NCBI GenBank assembly: GCA_013239625.1
Contig: MU053588.1
Location: forward strand, 3,810,799 to 3,874,798
DNA: 64,000 bases
Origin: Lama guanicoe
Taxonomy: Eukaryota
Reading direction: 5' to 3'
In this document: positions 46,822 through 57,000 of the stretch, one piece after another
Layout of the letters: the number at the start of each line of letters is the position of its first letter
Position numbering within the stretch: the first letter of the stretch is position 1
The notes under the pieces: model-generated
Database searches by the model: none
What the model saw: the letters and a program-made list of their open reading frames with translations, nothing else
Told to the model about the DNA's origin: nothing
Program-made: the position numbers and the translations under genes

Positions 46822-49800
46822 AAGTGCAGCCCCCACCCCCGCCTCACCCACACACCAAGCCTTAACAAAACCAACCCAGCAAACAAAAAAGGCTGATGTG
46901 GTGAAAATGAGAGATGCAGTTGCTGAGGGGCGGGGTGTGGAGGGCCAAGGGAGGCAGGTGGGCCCAAGTCCCAGAGGGGATATCCTGACCTGGGGAAGGA
47001 ACTGACCTTGGGAAAGAGAGGTTCAAGGTGTGGACAGGGGGCCAGGGCTCTTTAATGGTCTCGCTCTTCCGGGTCCCCAAATGGCCAAGGGGGATTTGTG
47101 GGGCGAAAAGACAGCCTGGCCTGGATCCAAGACAAGAGCACACTATCAACCTAGGTGGGTGGCTGAGTAGGGCCTGGGGCCTGCAATCTCGTGTCCTGTT
47201 TGGAGACAGAACCCATGTCCCAAAGGCGGCCTCTGGCAGGGGAGGGGCAACCAATTGGACCCTGGGATGGGCACAATACTGCCTAGCAACTGAGTTCAAC
47301 AGGGAGACGGGACATCCTGGGCCAGCCCTGCTGCCTGTGAGTGATGGTGGGACTGGGTGGCAGAGTGGGGGAAGCCAGTTGGCCACTGGGCTGGCCTCTG
47401 TGCATAGCCTGGGGTAACAGAACAGGAGTGAAGGTGGAGAGAGGGTGGGTGGGTGCTTCTATGAGCATCCAAGGGGAGAGGATGCAGGGGCACAAGCGGC
47501 CACCTAGAACAGGTCTCGTTTCAGAAAGATGGTGAGTGTGTCTGTGGGTGGATATGTGTGGCGATAAGCTTGCTGATGTGTCTGTGATTGGGAGAAATCT
47601 TGGTAAGTCTCCGTGATTTTGATGCTGTGGGTCTAAGATGGTGAGTAGTTGGCTGAGACTGGGGTTCCCAGTCTGTGTGCTTGGCTGCGTGGCCGTGTGT
47701 GAATGATGAGATGGGTCTGAGAGTGAGGCCACCTGGTGGGATTTCTGAAGCTGCACGAGGCTTCAAATGACAGAGAGTGTGCAACACACTGAGTGAGGGT
47801 ATTGGTCTGGCCCAGGCATCCCTGGAAACCCAGCTCCTTGGTACAGCCTCTCGGTCTGTGCTTGGCTCTCCAGCCGGGATGCAAGAGTGAAACTGACACC
47901 TCATCTGCTCAAGCTGAACTTATATGCTGAGTCAAGGGTCACAGTGTTTAAAAAATTAAAGAACCACCAGACTGGAGGGCTTGGACAGGAAAGATTGCCT
48001 CAAGAGCTTCTGTGGGCTTAGTTGAGGATCAGGGAAGAGTGGGATTTAGGTGCAGAGAAGGGTGAGTTTCCAGGAATTCACTAAGCAGCTCTGGTACAGT
48101 GGAGGTGGCCTTACCCCAGGTACTGGCCCACCAGTACTCCCTGAGGATATTCCGGGATCTGGTGATGGTTCTAGCCTCATCTGGGGGCCTCAAATTACCC
48201 CTGACTCTGGGAAACAGACTAAGAGGTTCCACTTATACTTGGAGGATTAAAGAGAGGGTGTCAATGCTTGTTCCTAAAGAGCTCCTTGCTTTGCAAAAAG
48301 ATTTCTTTCTTCCCAGAACGCCTCCCACTGGCTCCATTGGGACTATCTGGGTTTCACATGGATCTTTCTGCACCAACGCTTCGTGGGTGATCATGGTAGG
48401 GATATCTCAGACCTCCAGATGCACAAGAAAGATGATTCCTTCCAAATCCATTCCAGAAACAGCCCACATCCCTAGACCTGTGGACCCTCCGACATCATTT
48501 TGAGCACAGGGCGACTGGCCTCCAGTGTCTGGGATGGAAAGGTCAGGCGTGAATATAGCGCATGCTCTCACCGCATTGGGTCTAAGGTTAAGAGAGAATG
48601 GGTTACTTTTGCCTCCTGCCTCCATCTGGTGGTCTAGTCTGGTCCCTTCTTTCTCCACCTCTCCCTTCCCCATCCCCCATCTTGACCTTTGGCCCCTGTT
48701 CCAGCTTAGACGTCACCCTCCCCACCCAGGTCCTGCCCCCCAGGCCCTCACCTTGCCTTCCAGGCACCAGTCTCATGTACCATAAATAAGGCCACAGAGG
48801 GCTCTTTCTAATGTCACCACAGACCTCCCCTTCCCCTGCTCAGAAACCTTCCGTGGCTACTCACAGATCAAGATCCAAGCCCATCCCATGCTGGCCTCTG
48901 CCTGAACCTTATCTGCAGTGAGACCCTGAGTCTTCCTAAAACAGCAGAGCTGAGAGGGCTCTGAGGAGTCTGCTCTCCATTCAACAGGTGAGGAAACTGA
49001 CACCCCCACCCCTCACAGAGGGGAAAGTGAAGGCTACAGAGGGGACCTGACTTGCCCAGCATCATCCTGCAAGTCCCTGGCACGACTGGGACTAGAAGCA
49101 GTTGTGCAATCCCAGGAGGTGAGTGCTGCTGCCCTGTCCATCGTACCAGCGAGGACTCAGAGGCCCAGTGGCAGGACAGGGCTTGCCAGAGGGTGCACTG
49201 TGGTTCCTGAGCAGACGCGGGTACTCACAAGCCAGACGGTGCGGGTGAGCAATGTGTCCACTAACATACCAGACCCAACGGGTCTCTTTTCTGAAAGTGG
49301 TCCTGGCACATAGTGGGGCTCAATTGTGCAAAGACTGGGGGCGGTTTGTAAGACAAAAGCATCAGAGGGAGCTGGTCCATATCCTGGCTCTGGTGCAGGC
49401 TGTGAGACGTTTAGCAAGTGACCTTTACCTCCCTGAGCCTCTGTTTTCTGCTCTGTAAAGCGAGGACTTGATAAAATGATGCATGTGGTTAGGACAGTGG
49501 CTGGCCCAGGGTAAATATTAAACATTAAGCTTACCAGCAATGGATGAGGATTCCAGCTCTGAATTGCTGCCCTGTATGGCAATGATTGATCCTAGTGCCT
49601 CGTGCATGGTCAATGCCCCCCAGAAGTTAAGAATTTGAATTCTAGCATCAGGAGACCTCAGTCCCATTCCCAGTATCCCCATGCATGAGCTGGAGGCCTC
49701 AGGCACATGATTCACCTTCTCAGTGCCAAGTGTGGGTAGGAAGGGAATCTCCTTTTCTGGCTCTTCTGAATCATTTATGAGATACTCCAGGAGGAGAACC

Positions 49801-50011
49801 TGGCAGTGATGAACAAATGTGAACTAAGATAAAGCACTAGCTCTCAGCCTGGCATACTGTAGCACTCTCCACGCTATTAATGGTGATGCCTCAAATATTT
49901 TGGGCATGCTGAGGGATGGAGAGAAAGCAACCCAGAGTGAAAATCCTCCCTTCCCTGCCCTCTCCGAGGGCAGCAAGTCCTGAAGACAGAGAATGGGGGG
50001 TCGGGCAGCCC

Positions 50012-51858
50012 ACGGCAAGCGAAGTTTTCCTATCATGCCTCAGCCAGTCCAAATTACTGGAGCTCTCAAGGGACACCAGGGCTCTGAAGGAAGCCTTTGA
50101 GGAGGGGACCTGCCAGCCATAGCCATTAAGTTACAGTCTACACTTCATTTGCTGGAGAATGTCCACTTGGACATTGCTTTAACTGGGGGGACAGGCTTGG
50201 GCAAGTCAACCTTTGTCAATGCCTTCGGGGGGCTGGGGGACGAGGACTCCAACTTGGCCTGCACAGGCGTGGTAGAAATGACTGTGGACCCCACGCCATC
50301 CCCGCACCCCAAGTATCCCAACGTTGCCGTCTGGGACCTGCCAGGCATAGGCGCACCGGCTTCCCGGGCTGACAGATAACCTCCAGTATGACTTCTTCCT
50401 CATCCTTAAGTCAGAGAGCTTTATGGCCAGCCATGCCCAGCTGGCCCGTGAGATCCCGTAGCAGGGCAAGTGTTTCTACTGCGTCCGCTCCAAGATAGAC
50501 ATGGACGTCGCTGACTCGCGCAGTTGACCTCGCCTCCTTCTTGGAGGAGAGGGTGCTCAGCCAGATCCGGGATGACTGTGTGCGGTGGCTGGAGGGTGAG
50601 GGCCAGGCTTTGGGGGGCTAGATTCTAGAGGGATTACCCACCCCTTCCCCTGCATCATCTCGCTGAGGCCCAGAGTGGGGAAAGGGGCCACCTAGCGTCA
50701 CAGAGTGTCACACAGAGTGGGACATTGCTTACAGCTGCCATTTCCTAGGAGTTGGCACTCTGAGTCACTGGTGACAGAGCCCAGTCACTTGCATTAAGGA
50801 ACCAAAATGTAGGTACTGGCTTGTGTATTTCCCAAGTTAGAGCAGTGCCAATGTGATCCATCCATGTGGATGCTGGCACATGTCGCTGGTGGCAGGTGAC
50901 ATGTCTTAAGGGCTCACTGCAGGCCAGGCACCACTTTTTGAACTGAGTTCCCCACCATGACAACATCTCCAGGAGGTAAGGACAATAATCCCTTTATTTT
51001 ACAGATAAGAAGCCCAGAGAGGTTTCGTAACTAGCCCGAGGTCACACAGGGAGTAAGGAGCAGGCTGGGATCTGAACTCAGGCAGCCTGGCTCCAGGGCT
51101 GATGCTCTTAAACCACGTGCTGTGCTGACCCCCGGCAAATGCTTGCGCAAGGCAGCTGGGCCTGCTCGGCGCGGACACCCACTGAAGGTGCTCTTGCCTC
51201 TGGCAGCAGAGGGCCTCAGGGACCCCCAGGTCTTCCTGCTCTCCTTGTTTGAGCTGGGCAAGTATGACTTCAGCCTGCTGGAGGAATCAATGGTGAGGGG
51301 GCTACAGAGCTGCAAGCGGCCTGTATTCCTGGTGGCCCTGCCCAACGTCCCAAAGCCCACACTGGAGAGGAAGGCGGCCTCACTGCAACAGCACATCTGG
51401 CTGGTGGCCACCGTGGCCTGCGGGGCCAACCCGAGTCCAATGCCGGGCGTGACAGAAGTGGCGTGCAACCTGTACACACTCACCCGCTCCCTGGAGGGCT
51501 ACCGCCACAGCTTAGGCCTGGACAAGGGCTCCCTCAACAGGCTGGCGGAACAGACGGGCGACCCCTGCACAGGGTCCTGGAGGTGCTTTGGGGCCCGAAG
51601 ACTAAGTTCAGTGAGGCGCTGGTGGCAGAACTGCTGGGTCAGGCCTCCAGGGACGCCTCAGCGTTCAGCCAGGAGCTCCTCAACATGCCCACCCCGGGTC
51701 ACCTGGCTGCCTGTGGCCTCTCCTTCGCCACTGTCTACCGGATGCTCCACACCTCCCTGGAGGTGGCCGTCAAGGATGCCCAAAGTGTGCTGGCTCAGGC
51801 CATCAACAACCCCCAGCACAAGCTCCTAGATAAACCTGATCAACAACCCCAGCCCTGA
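50012..51858 (+). pseudogene. IRG-family (GKS-type, IRGC-like) GTPase pseudogene, two coding exons (about 50012-50595 and 51207-51858)
   Basis: Colinear with IRGC: KEAFEEG/DLPAIAIKLQ..., G1 GGTGLGKS, PHPKYPNVAVWDLPG, YDFFLI, G4 RSKID, DPQVFLLS, GLSFATVYRML. Lesions: -1 near 50105, TAA 50377, TAG 50459, TGA 50525 with a frameshift, -1 near 51559; probable start ATG>ACG at 50012. Confidence 0.9.
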
Positions 51859-52869
51859 GCCTAGGCCAGCTGCAGGTGGCAGCAAGGGGTTGGGAGCATG
51901 CAGGCGCCCATCTGTGGTGTTGGGGGATGGGAAGGAAGAAACTCCAGCTCTAACTCTTATGGACTGACCTGATGTGCTGTTCTGTGCTTTTGTACCCTAG
52001 GTCTCATGCCCTCTGGCCATTGCCCCTACTTTCCCTACTCCAGTGAACCCCCACATCAACCAGCGGACCCCTGGGAAGCCAGGGGAGGGGATGGGACATG
52101 GGAGTGTTCAGTTCTGACAAGGCAGGGAAGAGCCACTAGTCTGGTGGAGAGCAGTAAGGAGGGTGTCCATGCAGGTCGGGGCATGGGGACAAAGCATTTA
52201 GAAGCACTTCAATAAGAGGGCAGTGAATGTCACAGCTTTCTCGAGCCTTGGGGGGTCATTAAGGGAGGCTCCCACCTAAGGTTTCAGTCAGCAGGTGGCA
52301 GGGCCAGAGCCTGCCCTGGGTGTCATACCTCCCAGACCTGCCCCAGGTCTGCAGTCTCACTTCCCGCCAGAACATCTCTGGCCTGAGTGCTTTCTTCACT
52401 GCCCACCACCCTCTTCAGTTGTGCATTTTTTTCAAGAGACCCTGGGATTCCCATGACCTGGACACCTGAGGGCAGGGGGAAGACATGGAGGACTGGACAG
52501 GTGAGATCAGCTGGTTAGATGGGGACAGGCTGGTTTACTGAAGGGTGGAGCGGCCTGATTTGCGCATCAGGACTAATTTGGGATTAGGGTGTGTGACCTG
52601 ACCCATCTGGAGGTATACTTTGGGAAACACTAAGATGATGTCCCTTGTGTAACTGAGCAGGTGAGGGCAGATACTGTAATGAACTGTATGGTGTATTTAA
52701 CTGAGGGCAGGCTCTGGATTTAAAGGTAGGGACCACTTCTCAGCAAGAGTAGATGAGGCTTATAGGGGACAGAGGCCACCATGTTTAACCAACAGTAGGC
52801 ATCATGTGGAAAGGTAACACCTGAGGACTTGAATGAGGGAAGAACCTGTTTTGACTTTAGGGGAAGCAC

Positions 52870-53217
52870 ACTGGGCCCTCTGCATCCGAGGGCTCCACAT
52901 CCATGGATTCAACCAACCTGGGATTGAAAATACTCAAAAAGAAATTTCAGAAAGTCCCACAAAGCAAAACTTAAATTTTCCAAGTGCTGGCAAGTATTTA
53001 CATATCACTTACAGTGTATTTACAACTATTTACAAAGCACTGACACGGGATTAGGTTTTTAAAGTAATCTAGAGATGACTTACAGTGGCCAAGAGGGTGT
53101 AGGTAGGTTATATGCAAATACCACGCCATTCTACACAGGGTATCGGAGCATTCAAGGATTTTGATATCTGCAGGGGGTCCTAGAACCAATCCCCAATGGA
53201 CACTGAATGACAACTGT
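52870..53217 (-). mobile_element. MER2-family TcMar-Tigger DNA transposon relic
   Basis: Minus strand reads CAGTTGTC...GGGGATTGGTTCTAGGACCCCC...GGTATTTGCATATAACCTAC...CATCTCTAGATTACTT. Confidence 0.7.
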
Positions 53218-53653
53218 ACTATAATTAACTGTATTTAAATTAAGGACATGTTCTATTTTTTAACACTGAATTAGGCACTGCATTTAACTAGGCACCAAAG
53301 GCAGGCACTGTCTTCACGTGAGAGTGGCCGACACAAGGGTAGTCACCGCGTTTAGCCAGTGGAGGAGCCTGTACTTTCCTGTCCATGACAAGGGACGGAA
53401 GGCTTGATGTCACCCCAGGAAACAGAACTCCTCTTTCCAGAGGCTTCCTCCTTAGCGGAGACTGGTCTCATCTGCTCCCAACTCAGTGACCTACAGTGGA
53501 TGTGTCTCCATGGGCGGTTCATTCAGGCTCCAATGGGTGGCCACAGCTCATCTGTCCCCCAAGAGCTGGGACCTGAATTTGTGAAGCTCCCCAGGACAGC
53601 ACGCTGGGGAGAGGGGAAGAAGAGGAACCCCAGAACAGGCTTGCTTGATAATT

Positions 53654-53659
53654 TTTATT
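53654..53659 (-). terminator. SMG9: SMG9 polyadenylation signal
   Basis: Minus-strand AATAAA about 420 nt after the TAA stop at 54082. Confidence 0.7.
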
Positions 53660-54081
53660 CCAACCACCAGATCTGCTCCAGTGAAGAGCCCCCTAGATCC
53701 TGCCTCACCTAACAGGAAAGGGCCTGCCGTCGGGGCAGAGGGACCTGCTGCTCCGGTCCCTGCAGAGGGAGGCCGAGATGGAGCCTGGGCTTCCTGGTGA
53801 CCATCCAGGCTCCTCCCACCGCCTGTCCCTGTAGGGGACTGAGGATGGCTGCCCTGCTCACCTTGAGGGCGGGATCTCAAGGTCATCCCCCTAAACAGCG
53901 CTCCATTGAGGGTGGGGGGCCTGGCCCTGGACACCTCGTGTCTCTGGGCGAGGAAGTTGTGGTCCCATGCCCGGTAGGTCTGCTGCCACTCTCTACTCCG
54001 TGGGGGGAGGACGTGCGTGCCCCTTGCCAACCACTGGGGCCCGAAGGGGGAGTTCGCTGCCTTACATTCTTCCCCTTGGCT

Positions 54082-57000
54082 TTAAGCCAGCAGGCGGCTG
54101 TACTCTGCCAGGGCGGAGGACTTTTTCACCCCGTCCCAGATCCGGGCGGCGTAGTGGAACCTGTGAGAGGAGGTCAACAGTCAGGGCTGCCCTGCCCGTG
54201 GTCCCTGCCTGACCTGAGAGGTCAATCTCCTCACCCAGGATGCAGGGCAGACGCCAAGCTGAGCCGAGGCAGCCTGGGCCCCTTACTTCTCCCAGAGGAA
54301 AAGAGCCTGAAGGTGCCTGGTGGTGGACTAAGACCTCAAGCCCCCACCTCTAAGCTCAAACTTCTTCCCGCTCCACTCGGTGTTGGCCTTTGTGGGCGGT
54401 GGGTCTGTCTCTACCTCCCTCCAGAGTCTTGTGATGATCAGAAACGTCTAGCAGCTGTGGAACCCCCCTACTTCCCCGATTCTCCTCCTCCCCACTGGGC
54501 TCTGGTTTAGATCAGTGAGAGCAGCGCTCTTACCCCGCTGGCCCTGCCCTCGCCCGAGTGGCCGCCTGCTGCTGCGTGTGCACCCCTGGCCCCTTCTGGC
54601 CACAGCTGACTGCAGACAGACCCAGGGGAACCATGCTGGAGCTATGCCTCAAGTTTCTGTTTTCCTTGGAAATTAGATGACGTAGCCCTGAATCTGTGGC
54701 AGATCTGCTGTGGGCTCTGGACACAAAGTCATGCAGAACTGGGGCTGGGGCAGTGGTGCAGGGCTCCGTGAGGGCAGGTGGAGAAAGCCGCTGGCAGAGG
54801 AGGAAAACTGGATGAGACTTCACTACCCTGTGGGGGCCGATGGAAGCTGCAACTCTGGCTCCCGATGGCTTTTCCATTTCCTCTTCTGTAAGGCTATGCT
54901 TTCTGCGCTCAGGATCTTGGAACACATCTTTAAACTTGACCAGGCTCACTGGTCTTACTCTGTGCAATCAGGTGACACCTAACCACAGGTGTGTGACCTC
55001 CCTGGGTGACACTTTCTCTGAGCCTAAATTTCCTTACTAGGAAAGCTGGTGACAAGACCTACACTCCACTGGCTCATAAGAATTTCATCTTAAAGCAACA
55101 AGATGGTAGTAGTCACCTTGCTGCCAAGGTATGGAGGGATTTCTGAAACCCTCGATGTGGTCCAGGTGGGGGCCCTCACCCTGACCCCCTCTGCCAAGTG
55201 TTCTCACCAGTTCTTCTCAGTGAGGATTGTGTGTGACAGCTGCGGCCGGGCCATGGACATCACCTGGCTCCGGAGCTTGCTCACTAAGGACTGGAAACTG
55301 GGGTGGCCACGGTACCCAGGGAGCAGGGAGAAGAGTGGGCTGGAACCGGGTCCTGGAAAGTTAGAGGAGGATGAGGGGGACAGCCTGCCGAGAGAGGAGG
55401 CTTCCTTCCCGTCGACAGCATCCTGGGCTTCCAGAAACACCTCTGAGTTCAGGTCCCCCTGTCCTTCCAGGACTTGGAATTGTGCTCCTTTGAGAGGGTC
55501 CAGGTACCTCAGGAACATGCCAGAGTCTCCCCTCAGACCAGGGTGGATTCCTGTCACCCCCAGACCAGGGTAGCCTGTGTCTCCCCTCAACCAGGGTGGG
55601 CTGTGTCTCCACAGGGACCAGATCCCTTTGAGGGGGGCCGTACCTGCTCTTGGTGGGTTTTCACTCTCTGCTTCACTGTCCATGAAGGGGACCAGGAACA
55701 GATTGACCTCGGAGTCCAGGAAGTCAGGCGGGAGCCCTGGGAAGACGTTGCACTGTAACATGGACAGAGTACCTGGCGGAGAGAACCTATCAGGCTGCAG
55801 GCACCGTGCTGCAGGGCAGCGGGCGGGGTATGCACGTGACGGTCAAACTGGGGTCAGGAGGGGGCTGGGGCTATAGGACCAGGAGCCAGGAGGCCACTGG
55901 CCAGCTTGGGGGACAGTCGGGGGACCCTCACCCTTGTAACGCAAGTGGGAGTGGGCCATGAGCTGGTCAATCATCAGGTGCATCTGCTGCAGCTTCCGGG
56001 GACAGAAGTCCTCTCGGCGGGCTTTGTTCTGCAGGAAGACTGGGGGCGGGGGGGAGAGACGGGCCTGTGGGGCAGCGCGCACTCGGCCACGTGGACGCCC
56101 CTTCCCACACCAAAACTCTGCCTTAAGTCTGAGTTCCCATCACCCGTCAGTGTTTACATGACCAGGAGCCTCGCTTTAGTACCGGGCCCTGTGCTGGCCC
56201 GTGCTGGGGACCAGAGAAATGAGGCAGCTCTGGTTTCTGCCCTCAGGAAGCCCCGTGTCTGCTCCAAACAGAGGCAGAAGAGGAAGACGGCCATGTGATC
56301 AGGAGCAGGACAGAAAGACTGAGGGCTTGGTGAGGTGGAGGAACTGGATCTTTACAGAAGCAGTGCGTCCAAGAGCAGAGCAAGGACAGAGCAGGCCAAG
56401 GAGCTGCAGGTGCGGGGGCCAGAGTAGGTGAACAGGGTGCACAGGGCCTCTGGGGCTGACTTGACACTCACTCCCTGTGCCCCGCACCAGGAGATGTCAG
56501 GGACCCAGAAAGGGGCAGACTAGGGTCCTGTCCCCAGAGCCTGACTCGGGGGTCCCACTCTTGATGGCCAGGGGCACCTCAGAGGAAGTGGCAGCTAATC
56601 CTTTTTGACTTCCCTCCTCAGAAGCCTCATCGTTGCTCCCCCCAGCACCCCACTTCCCTAGAGTGCTCCTGGATTTTGCCCGCCCCTCTCCCCACTGCCC
56701 ACCCTCCAGGCCCCGAAAGCCACTCACCCAGGTGGGGGTAGTACTCAGTGCCTTCATCGGAGCCTGAGGAGCTGCTGGACTCGTGGCTGGGGGACGGGGT
56801 GGAGGGCTTCACCATCTCTGCTGTCTGGAGGAACCTTGGGGTTGGGGGTGAGAGGTTGGTGCTCTGGCCCTGGCCCCCCATGTCCCACAGCCTGGGGAAG
56901 GAGGGGGCTCCCTGTGCAGATCCGATTAAAGCTACAGCCACACTCAGAAAAATGAGACATACACACCATACTCCTCATACAACTTCAGGGAATCCGGGAC

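Noticed and set aside
45306..47005. Long antisense and alternate-frame ORFs over IRGC (179, 223 and 237 aa)
   Set aside because: Shadow ORFs caused by the high GC3 codon bias of the real CDS; no recognisable domains.
48029..48673. ORFs of 66-134 aa between IRGC and the IRG pseudogene
   Set aside because: No recognisable motif or consistent exon boundaries on either strand.
50012..51858. Calling the IRG pseudogene IRGQ or IRGM
   Set aside because: It has a canonical GKS P-loop, whereas IRGM has GMS and IRGQ has degenerate G motifs, and it is colinear with IRGC.
52660..53360. Possible degenerate repeat with recurring (C)ACTGTATTTAAC-like words around the MER2 element
   Set aside because: Too diverged and irregular to support by eye.
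53797..54510. 237-aa plus-strand ORF
   Set aside because: Antisense to the SMG9 last exon and 3' UTR; GC-rich chance ORF without an ATG start.
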